Source of the DNA: Marinomonas communis
GTDB taxonomy: Bacteria; Pseudomonadota; Gammaproteobacteria; Pseudomonadales; Marinomonadaceae
Assembly (NCBI RefSeq): GCF_004363305.1
Contig: NZ_SNZA01000005.1
Location: forward strand, 269,014-301,013
Direction of reading: 5' to 3'
Length of the DNA: 32,000 nt
A program made the position numbers and the translations under genes. Shown in pieces: positions 23,330 through 32,000 of the stretch. The stretch's first letter is position 1, and the number at the start of each line of letters is the position of its first letter. The notes under the pieces are model-generated. The model did no database searches. It was not told the origin of the DNA and saw nothing but the letters and a program-made list of their open reading frames with translations.

Positions 23330-26167
23330 ATGCATGAAAGTTTGATGGAGTTGCTATGGAGCACTTCTCACTTTTCAGGGGGCAACCTTGAATATGTTGA
23401 GGGGCTGTTTGAGAGCTACTTAGTTGACCCCAACTCAGTATCGGAAGAATGGCGGAAATGTTTTGATCAGTTGCCGAGAGTTAGCGAAGCGCAGTCAACC
23501 GATCTTCCTCACTCTGTTATTCAACAACAATTCTTAGAACTTGGTAAAAACAAGTTCCGCAATATCCCTGTTTCTACAGGTGTCGCTGCAAGCTCAGATC
23601 ATGAGCAAAAGCAAATCAACGTACTTCAGCTTATCAACGCGTACCGTGTTCGAGGACACCAACACTCCAATTTAGACCCGCTAGGTCTACAAAAACGAGA
23701 TAAAGTTGCTGACCTTGATTTAGGTTACCACCAGCTAACTGGTGCTGATCTTGATACGTCGTTTAATACCGGTTCTCTTTTCTTTAACCAAGAAACAATG
23801 CCTCTAAAAGACATTGTGACTGAGTTAGAGAAAACTTACTGTGGCTCTATCGGCTACGAATTCATGCACATCGTCGACACCCAAGAAAAAGCTTGGTTGC
23901 AACAGCGTGTTGAATCCGTTCGCTCTCGTCCAGAGTACTCAGCTGAAACACGCAAAGCTTTGTTAGAGCGTCTAACTGCAGCGGAAGGTCTTGAAAAATA
24001 CTTAGCAAGTCGTTACCCAGGTGCGAAGCGTTTCGGCCTAGAGGGTGGTGAAAGCTTAATCCCAATGGTGAACGAACTGATTCAACGTTCTGGCGCACTA
24101 GGCGCTAAAGAAGTTGTTATCGGTATGGCCCACCGTGGTCGCTTGAACGTACTTGTTAATACTTTAGGTAAAAACCCTAAAGACCTGTTCGATGAGTTTG
24201 AAGGTAAGAAATTGGTAAATACGTCTGGTGACGTGAAGTACCACCAAGGTTTCTCTTCAAATGTTATGACTGCTGGCGGCGAAGTACACACAGTACTAGC
24301 GTTCAACCCTTCACACCTTGAAATTGTTTCACCGGTAGTGGAAGGTTCAGTACGTGCTCGCCAAGATCGTCGCGAAGACAAAACAGGTAAAACAGTTGTT
24401 CCAATTTCCATCCACGGTGATGCAGCATTCGCTGGCCAGGGCGTGGTGATGGAAACGTTCCAAATGTCACAAACACGCGCCTACAAAACAGGCGGTACAG
24501 TGCACATTGTTGTGAACAACCAAGTAGGTTTTACAACCAACCGTCAAGAAGATTCTCGCTCAACTGAATACGCAACTGATGTTGCGAAAATGATTCAGGC
24601 TCCGATCTTCCATGTTAACGGTGATGATCCAGAAGCAGTTCTATTTGTTACCCAACTAGCACTGGATTACCGTTACGAGTTTGGTCGTGACGTGGTCATC
24701 GATATGGTTTGTTACCGCCGTCGTGGTCACAACGAAACGGATGAGCCTTCAGGCACTCAGCCACTGATGTACAAAATCATCAGTAAGCTAAAAACGACTC
24801 GTACTAAATACGCTGACTTCTTGATTTCTAATAAAGTAGTAACAGAAGCTGAAGCGGATGAGCTAGTGAATGAAAACCGTGAAGACCTAGATAATGGCCG
24901 TCACGTTGCTAAGAGCTTGGTGCTAGAGTCTAAGTCTGAGCTATTTGTTGATTGGACACCTTACCTAGGTGTTGAGTGGACAGATGCCGGTGATACAACT
25001 TACCCACTAGATAAATTGCAAGAAGTTGCTAAGAAAACAACCACTATTCCTGATGGTGTTGTAGTGCAACGTCAAGTAATGAAGATCTACGAAGATCGCA
25101 ACAAGATGACCGCTGGTGCCATGCCTCTTAACTGGGGTTACGCTGAAACCATGGCATTTGCGACTTTGCTAGAGCAGGGGTACCCAATTCGTATTACTGG
25201 ACAGGACTCAGGTCGTGGTACGTTCTCTCACCGCCACGCTGTGATTCATAGTCAAAAAGACGGTAGCACTTACATCCCACTTAAGCACTTGTCAGACGAT
25301 CAGCCAACACTTGATCTTTATGACTCGTACCTGTCTGAAGAAGCGGTATTGGCTTTCGAATACGGTTACTCAACGACTTCACCAAAAGGTTTAGTGGTTT
25401 GGGAGGCTCAATTCGGTGACTTTGCTAACGGTGCACAAGTTGTAATTGACCAATTTATTACCAGTGGTGAGCACAAGTGGGGCCGTTTATGTGGTCTGAC
25501 AATGTTGTTACCGCATGGCTATGAAGGCCAAGGCCCAGAACACTCTTCTGCACGTCTTGAGCGATTCATGCAGCTATGTGCTGAATACAACATTCAAGTA
25601 TGTGTGCCTACGACACCATCGCAGATTTTCCACATCTTGCGTCGTCAGGCCATTCGACCAATGCGTCGTCCACTGATTATTATGTCTCCTAAGAGTTTGC
25701 TGCGTCATAAGCAAGCAATCTCTACATTAGAAGATTTATCTGAAGGTAGCTTCAAAACGGTATTGCCTGAAGTAGCAGATAACATTAAGCCAGAAAACGT
25801 AAAACGTTTGGTGATCTGTAGCGGTAAGGTTTACTACGATTTATACAATCGTCGTGAAGAGCTGGCTAAGGATGATGTGGCTATCATTCGTCTTGAGCAA
25901 TTGTATCCGTTCCCATACGCTGACTTTGAAGCGATTTTGGAACCGTACAAAAATGTTGAAGAGTTAGTTTGGTGTCAAGAAGAGCCTAAGAACCAAGGTG
26001 CTTGGCATGCAAACCGCCACCGTATGAGCCGTGTGTTAGAAAAGCTGTATCCTGAACTTAAGATCCGCTTTGCTGGACGTATTTCTTCTGCTGCTCCGGC
26101 TGCAGGTTACATGTCCGTACACGTTGAAGAACAAGAAGCGCTGGTTAACGACGCGATTGTCGGCTAG
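23330..26167 (+). CDS. sucA: 2-oxoglutarate dehydrogenase E1 component
   Basis: 945 aa with E1o blocks: NAYRVRGHQHSNLDPLG, GMAHRGRLNVL, HGDAAFAGQGVV, LLPHGYEGQGPEHSSARLERF. Confidence 0.97.
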   Translation: MHESLMELLWSTSHFSGGNLEYVEGLFESYLVDPNSVSEEWRKCFDQLPRVSEAQSTDLPHSVIQQQFLELGKNKFRNIPVSTGVAASSDHEQKQINVLQLINAYRVRGHQHSNLDPLGLQKRDKVADLDLGYHQLTGADLDTSFNTGSLFFNQETMPLKDIVTELEKTYCGSIGYEFMHIVDTQEKAWLQQRVESVRSRPEYSAETRKALLERLTAAEGLEKYLASRYPGAKRFGLEGGESLIPMVNELIQRSGALGAKEVVIGMAHRGRLNVLVNTLGKNPKDLFDEFEGKKLVNTSGDVKYHQGFSSNVMTAGGEVHTVLAFNPSHLEIVSPVVEGSVRARQDRREDKTGKTVVPISIHGDAAFAGQGVVMETFQMSQTRAYKTGGTVHIVVNNQVGFTTNRQEDSRSTEYATDVAKMIQAPIFHVNGDDPEAVLFVTQLALDYRYEFGRDVVIDMVCYRRRGHNETDEPSGTQPLMYKIISKLKTTRTKYADFLISNKVVTEAEADELVNENREDLDNGRHVAKSLVLESKSELFVDWTPYLGVEWTDAGDTTYPLDKLQEVAKKTTTIPDGVVVQRQVMKIYEDRNKMTAGAMPLNWGYAETMAFATLLEQGYPIRITGQDSGRGTFSHRHAVIHSQKDGSTYIPLKHLSDDQPTLDLYDSYLSEEAVLAFEYGYSTTSPKGLVVWEAQFGDFANGAQVVIDQFITSGEHKWGRLCGLTMLLPHGYEGQGPEHSSARLERFMQLCAEYNIQVCVPTTPSQIFHILRRQAIRPMRRPLIIMSPKSLLRHKQAISTLEDLSEGSFKTVLPEVADNIKPENVKRLVICSGKVYYDLYNRREELAKDDVAIIRLEQLYPFPYADFEAILEPYKNVEELVWCQEEPKNQGAWHANRHRMSRVLEKLYPELKIRFAGRISSAAPAAGYMSVHVEEQEALVNDAIVG

Positions 26168-26198
26168 CAACACTGCCTGTCAGAGATAAGGGTAAAAA

Positions 26199-27713
26199 AT
26201 GAGTATTGAAATTAAAGCACCTACTTTTCCAGAATCTGTAGCCGATGGCACTGTCGCTACGTGGTACAAACAGCCAGGTGAAGCGTGTAAGCGCGACGAA
26301 CACATTGTAGATATCGAAACAGATAAAGTTGTTCTTGAAGTCGTAGCACCAGCTGATGGTGTACTAAAAGACGTACTGAAAGCTGAAGGTGATATCGTTC
26401 TTAGTGAAGAAGTTCTTGCAGTATTTGATTCTGGTGCAGCCGCATCTGAAGCACCCGCTGCAAAAGCTGAAGCAGCGCCATCTGCACCAGCTGCAGCTGA
26501 AGCTAAAGAAACAGTTCAAATCAAAGCACCAACTTTCCCTGAGTCTGTTGCAGACGGTACGGTTGCTGCTTGGCACAAACAACCAGGTGAAGCTTGTAAG
26601 CGTGATGAGCACATCGTTGACATCGAAACTGACAAGGTTGTTCTAGAAGTTGTTGCTCCAGCTGATGGTGTGATTGCCGACATCGTTAAAGCGGAAGGCG
26701 ACACAGTACTGAGTGAAGAAGTGCTAGCGAACTTTGCTGTTGGCGCAACGGGTGGTGCAGCGGCACCAGCTGAAGCTCCAGCCGCAGCACCTGCTGCAGA
26801 AGAAGCTGGTGATGAAGATGGCATCGCAGGACCTGCGGCGCGTAAAGCACTTGCTGAAGCTGGTCTAACAGCAGCTCAAGTAAAAGGTACTGGTAAAGGC
26901 GGTCGTATCACTAAAGAAGACGTTGAAGCAGCGGCGAAGAACAAGCCAGCTGCAGCGGCGGCTCCTGCAAAAGCAGCGCCTGCAGCACCAGCGCCACTAA
27001 GTGCTGACGGTCGTGTTGAGAAACGTGTACCAATGACACGTCTACGCGCAACCATCGCTAAGCGCTTAGTAGAAGCTCAACAAACAGCAGCAATGTTGAC
27101 AACTTACAACGAAGTTAACATGGGCCCTGTAATGGAGCTTCGTAGCAAGTACAAAGACTTGTTCCAGAAGACTCATAACGGCACTAAACTTGGTTTCATG
27201 TCATTCTTTGTTAAAGCTGCAACTGAAGCTCTAAAACGCTTCCCAGCAGTAAACGCTTCTATCGATGGTAACGACATGGTTTACCACGGTTACCAAGACA
27301 TCGGTGTAGCAGTATCGACTAACCGCGGTTTGATGGTACCTGTATTGCGTAACACGGAAGCAATGGGTCTTGCTGACATTGAATCTGGCATCATGGACTT
27401 CGCTGTTCGTGGTCGTGAAGGCAAGCTAGGCATGGAAGATATGCAAGGTGGTACATTTACCATCACTAACGGCGGTATCTTCGGTTCTCTAATGTCTACT
27501 CCAATCCTGAACCCACCTCAAACAGCGATCTTGGGTATGCACAAAATCCAAGAGCGCCCAATGGCGGTTAACGGTCAGGTTGTGATTCAACCGATGATGT
27601 ACTTAGCGTTGTCATACGATCACCGTATGATCGACGGTAAAGAAGCGGTGCAATTCCTTGTAACCATCAAGGAACTACTAGAAGATCCAGCACGTCTACT
27701 GCTTGAAATCTAA
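26199..27713 (+). CDS. sucB: Dihydrolipoyllysine-residue succinyltransferase (E2o) with two tandem lipoyl domains
   Basis: 504 aa. Two lipoyl domains each carry [10 protein letters not shown]. Ala/Pro linkers, a peripheral-subunit-binding domain ([32 protein letters not shown]) and a catalytic core ending [14 protein letters not shown] are present. Confidence 0.95.
   Translation: MSIEIKAPTFPESVADGTVATWYKQPGEACKRDEHIVDIETDKVVLEVVAPADGVLKDVLKAEGDIVLSEEVLAVFDSGAAASEAPAAKAEAAPSAPAAAEAKETVQIKAPTFPESVADGTVAAWHKQPGEACKRDEHIVDIETDKVVLEVVAPADGVIADIVKAEGDTVLSEEVLANFAVGATGGAAAPAEAPAAAPAAEEAGDEDGIAGPAARKALAEAGLTAAQVKGTGKGGRITKEDVEAAAKNKPAAAAAPAKAAPAAPAPLSADGRVEKRVPMTRLRATIAKRLVEAQQTAAMLTTYNEVNMGPVMELRSKYKDLFQKTHNGTKLGFMSFFVKAATEALKRFPAVNASIDGNDMVYHGYQDIGVAVSTNRGLMVPVLRNTEAMGLADIESGIMDFAVRGREGKLGMEDMQGGTFTITNGGIFGSLMSTPILNPPQTAILGMHKIQERPMAVNGQVVIQPMMYLALSYDHRMIDGKEAVQFLVTIKELLEDPARLLLEI
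26205..26744 (+). repeat. In-frame tandem duplication encoding lipoyl domains 1 and 2 of SucB (309-nt period)
   Basis: Units are 26205-26435 and 26514-26744. By hand alignment, 65 of 77 residues are identical. The DNA is heavily diverged at third positions: 16 synonymous differences in the 32 identical codons KQPGEAC...PADGV. Confidence 0.9.
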
Positions 27714-27748
27714 GTAATTGCACCCACTTCTGTGGATGAGAGTAAAAC

Positions 27749-29234
<1,486 letters not shown>

Positions 29235-29245
29235 CAAAATTCGAT

Positions 29246-29270
29246 TTGCCGGCTGAGAAGCCGGCAATTT
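29246..29270 (+). terminator. Weak terminator or attenuating stem-loop after lpdA
   Basis: TTGCCGGC (29246-29253) and GCCGGCAA (29260-29267) form the stem with loop TGAGAA. Only a short TTT tract follows. Confidence 0.45.
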
Positions 29271-29321
29271 CTGTCAAACAGACAGACTTATGTCAATCAT
29301 TAAGATGAGCGGAAGAATCAA

Positions 29322-30488
29322 ATGAACCTACATGAATATCAGGCTAAGCAGCTTTTTGCTGAATACGGCCTGCCAGTATCTACAGGGTACGCAGTAGACA
29401 CGCCAGAAGAGGCAGTAGAAGCAGCGAAAAAAATTGGTGGTGACAAGTGGGTTGTAAAAGCTCAAGTTCACGCTGGTGGTCGCGGTAAAGCGGGCGGTGT
29501 AAAGCTTGTTGATTCTTTGGATGAAGTAAAAGAATTCGCAGCGAACTGGTTAGGTAAAAACCTAGTAACTTACCAAACTGACGAAAATGGTCAGCCAGTT
29601 GCTAAAATCCTAGTTGAGTCTTGCACAGACATCGCTAACGAATTGTACCTAGGTGCTGTAGTAGACCGTTCTACTCGTCGCGTAGTTTTCATGGCATCTA
29701 CTGAAGGTGGTGTTGAGATCGAGAAAGTAGCTGAGGAAACACCTGAGCTAATCCACAAAGCGGAAATCGATCCACTTGTAGGCGCACAGCCATACCAAGC
29801 TCGTGAAATGGCATTCAAAATGGGTCTTAACCCAGCTCAAATCAAGCAGTTCACTAAGATCTTCCTTGGTTTGTCACAAATGTTCCACGACTACGACTTC
29901 GCTCTACTAGAAATCAACCCTCTAGTAATCACTGACGAAGGTAATCTTCACTGTCTAGACGGTAAGATCAACATCGACAGCAACGCTGTTTACCGTCAGA
30001 AGAAAATGCAAGAGTTCCACGATCCATCTCAAGAAGATGAGCGTGAAGCACATGCAGCACAGTGGGAACTTAACTACGTAGCTCTAGACGGCAACGTTGG
30101 TTGTATGGTTAACGGTGCAGGTCTAGCGATGGGTACAATGGACATCGTAAACCTACACGGCGGCAAACCAGCTAACTTCCTAGACGTTGGTGGCGGCGCA
30201 ACGAAAGAGCGTGTAGCTGAAGCATTTAAGATCATTCTTTCTGACAGCAATGTTAAAGCGGTATTGGTTAACATCTTCGGTGGTATCGTACGTTGTGACA
30301 TGATCGCAGAAGGCATCATCGGTGCAGTTGAGCAGGTAGGTGTAAACGTTCCTGTTGTTGTACGTCTAGAAGGTACTAATGCAGAGAAAGGCCGTGAAGT
30401 TCTAGCGAACTCTGGTCTAGACATCATCGCTGCATCAAGTCTAAAAGACGCAGCTGAACAAGTTGTTAAAGCTGCGGAGGGCAAATAA
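29322..30488 (+). CDS. sucC: Succinyl-CoA synthetase (ADP-forming) beta subunit
   Basis: 388 aa. [42 protein letters not shown] and [10 protein letters not shown] are present. Confidence 0.97.
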   Translation: MNLHEYQAKQLFAEYGLPVSTGYAVDTPEEAVEAAKKIGGDKWVVKAQVHAGGRGKAGGVKLVDSLDEVKEFAANWLGKNLVTYQTDENGQPVAKILVESCTDIANELYLGAVVDRSTRRVVFMASTEGGVEIEKVAEETPELIHKAEIDPLVGAQPYQAREMAFKMGLNPAQIKQFTKIFLGLSQMFHDYDFALLEINPLVITDEGNLHCLDGKINIDSNAVYRQKKMQEFHDPSQEDEREAHAAQWELNYVALDGNVGCMVNGAGLAMGTMDIVNLHGGKPANFLDVGGGATKERVAEAFKIILSDSNVKAVLVNIFGGIVRCDMIAEGIIGAVEQVGVNVPVVVRLEGTNAEKGREVLANSGLDIIAASSLKDAAEQVVKAAEGK

Positions 30489-30490
30489 TA

Positions 30491-31363
30491 ATGTCTGTTT
30501 TAATTAACAAAGATACTAAAGTAATCTGTCAAGGTTTCACTGGCGGCCAAGGTACATTCCACTCTGAGCAAGCGATTGCTTACGGTACAAAAATGGTTGG
30601 CGGTGTAACACCAGGTAAAGGTGGTCAAACTCACCTTGGTCTACCTGTATTCAACACTGTTAAAGAAGCTGTTGAAACTACTGGTGCTGAAGCATCTGTA
30701 ATCTACGTTCCAGCTCCTTTCGTTAAGGATTCTATCCTTGAAGCGGCAAACGCTGGTATCAAACTAATCGTTTGTATCACTGAAGGTGTTCCTACTCTTG
30801 ATATGCTTGACTGTAAAGTGAAGTGTGACGAGCTAGGCGTTCGCCTAATCGGTCCTAACTGTCCAGGTGTTATCACTCCTGGAGAGTGTAAGATCGGTAT
30901 CATGCCTGGTCACATCCACATGCCAGGTAAAGTAGGTATCGTTTCACGTTCTGGTACTTTGACGTACGAAGCAGTTAAGCAAACAACTGACGCTGGTTAC
31001 GGTCAATCTACTTGTGTTGGTATCGGTGGTGACCCAATCCCAGGTACTAACTTCATCGACGTACTAGAAATGTTCCAAAACGATCCACAAACTGAAGCGA
31101 TCGTTATGATCGGTGAGATCGGTGGTACTGCAGAAGAAGAAGCGGCTGCTTACATCAAAGCAAACGTTACTAAGCCTGTTGTATCTTACATCGCTGGTGT
31201 TACAGCTCCTGCTGGTAAGCGTATGGGGCACGCTGGTGCGATCATCTCTGGTGGTAAAGGTACTGCTGACGAGAAATTCGCAGCACTACAAGACGCAGGC
31301 GTTAAGACTGTTCGCTCTCTAGCGGACATCGGTGCTGGTCTTAAAGAAATCACTGGCTGGTAA
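30491..31363 (+). CDS. sucD: Succinyl-CoA synthetase alpha subunit
   Basis: 290 aa. [26 protein letters not shown] and the phosphohistidine region [15 protein letters not shown] are present. The start is 2 nt after the sucC stop. Confidence 0.97.
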   Translation: MSVLINKDTKVICQGFTGGQGTFHSEQAIAYGTKMVGGVTPGKGGQTHLGLPVFNTVKEAVETTGAEASVIYVPAPFVKDSILEAANAGIKLIVCITEGVPTLDMLDCKVKCDELGVRLIGPNCPGVITPGECKIGIMPGHIHMPGKVGIVSRSGTLTYEAVKQTTDAGYGQSTCVGIGGDPIPGTNFIDVLEMFQNDPQTEAIVMIGEIGGTAEEEAAAYIKANVTKPVVSYIAGVTAPAGKRMGHAGAIISGGKGTADEKFAALQDAGVKTVRSLADIGAGLKEITGW

Positions 31364-31390
31364 GCAAAACGCTTATTAGTAATGGATTCT

Positions 31391-31421
31391 AAAAATCCCC
31401 GCCTAGTGCGGGGATTTTTTT
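31391..31421 (+). terminator. Intrinsic terminator ending the sdh-suc operon
   Basis: AAAAATCCCCGC-ctagt-GCGGGGATTTTTTT. The stem is 8 bp and G/C-rich, with a 7-T tail, 28 nt after the sucD stop. Confidence 0.85.
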
Positions 31422-31523
31422 GTCGTAAATAAAGTGTATAAACTGTAAAACAGTGCAAATAAGAATGCATAGTTCGATGATAAAAGTAGTATGGATCTAC
31501 TAACAGTAAGATATGGAAAGATT

Positions 31524-31610
31524 ATGAAGTTATTTGGACTCGTGGTAGGCACCGCAGCACTGATGGATATAAGTAAAATGGCTTGGGTTGTGGCAGCTCT
31601 ACCTTGCTAA
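31524..31610 (+). CDS. Possible 28-aa hydrophobic small protein (speculative)
   Basis: ATG 31524 to TAA 31608-31610 encodes MKLFGLVVGTAALMDISKMAWVVAALPC. A weak GGAAAG lies 3 nt upstream. It is below the ORF-track size cutoff, and I can cite no homology. Confidence 0.2.
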   Translation: MKLFGLVVGTAALMDISKMAWVVAALPC

Positions 31611-31617
31611 ATCTGGC

Positions 31618-32000
31618 CTATATCTCGGATGTGATCTCTTCTAAAAACTGAATGACCGCTCTGACTCGTGTAGATCTAAATAAGCGGCTCGGGTATACCA
31701 TCTTTAGATGTGCTGATTCGATATGAGGCGCAAAGTCTTGGCACACTTCAACTAACTCACCTTGAGCTATCTGTCGCTTACAGTATTGCTCTGGCAGCAT
31801 GGATATCCCACAGCCATTCAGTAAGGCTTCTCTTACGACGATAGGGTCGTTACAGCAGTTTTTATTCTGTAGGTTTAACTGGTACTGTCGCCCCTGATAA
31901 GTGGCGGTGAATTTTTGTGTGCTATATCGAGTTTCACAATACTGGATATGCTGTTGTAGGTCCTCAAGTGTGCTGAACGGACCATGCTCTTGCAGATAGC
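31618..32000 (-). CDS. LysR-family transcriptional regulator, C-terminal (effector-binding) part; 5' end lies beyond the window
   Basis: The reverse-strand frame stays open from 32000 down to the stop at 31618 (hand translation YLQEHGPFSTLEDLQQH...CCNDPIVVREALLNGCGISMLPEQYCKRQIAQGELVEV...VYPSRLFRSTRVRAVIQFL). The GxGISxLP and VYPxR...RV blocks are typical of LysR substrate-binding domains. The ORF-track Met at 31800 is internal. Confidence 0.7.
   Translation of the reverse strand, partial: YLQEHGPFSTLEDLQQHIQYCETRYSTQKFTATYQGRQYQLNLQNKNCCNDPIVVREALLNGCGISMLPEQYCKRQIAQGELVEVCQDFAPHIESAHLKMVYPSRLFRSTRVRAVIQFLEEITSEI

Noticed and set aside
26430-27010. Ala/Pro-rich repetitive DNA in sucB ([34 protein letters not shown]), considered as a tandem repeat or contingency locus
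   Set aside because: These are the flexible inter-domain linkers normal for E2 acyltransferases. The repeats are imperfect and in frame, with no sign of slippage-prone homopolymers.
31364-31421. sucD 3' UTR as a possible SdhX-like 3'-UTR-derived sRNA
   Set aside because: The UTR is only about 58 nt including the terminator. I cannot recognise the enterobacterial SdhX seed, and that sRNA is, to my knowledge, restricted to enterics. It cannot be supported from sequence alone.

Overview
This window looks like core chromosome from a marine-type gammaproteobacterium. The taxon cannot be fixed from sequence alone. I found no mobile elements, CRISPR arrays, tRNA/rRNA genes or recognisable defence systems, and I cannot support a claim of a wholly new multi-gene system. 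Left to right the window holds: (1) the 3' part of a HlyD-family type I secretion adaptor gene, followed by a CsgD/VpsT-like LuxR-family regulator. (2) A complete Klebsiella-style assimilatory nitrate/nitrite cluster: nasFED ABC transporter, nasC reductase subunit, nirBD, then nasA, a YbiB/TrpD2-like gene and mobA. (3) On the minus strand, a DUF3108-like gene plus purN and purM. (4) A DUF2066-like secreted protein with a small Zn-ribbon protein. (5) The TCA block: gltA divergent from sdhCDAB-sucAB-lpdA-sucCD. (6) A 5'-truncated LysR-family gene at the right edge. The most interesting material is regulatory and architectural. Two separate sigma-54-type promoters each feed a leader holding two hexaloop hairpins (A at loop position 1, G at position 4, the published ANTAR target signature). 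In each leader the second hairpin overlaps a strong intrinsic terminator; one leader sits before nasF and one before nasA, and no ANTAR regulator gene is in the window. A TrpD2/YbiB-family protein of unknown role is translationally coupled to nasA and followed by mobA. SucB carries an old tandem duplication of its lipoyl domain.
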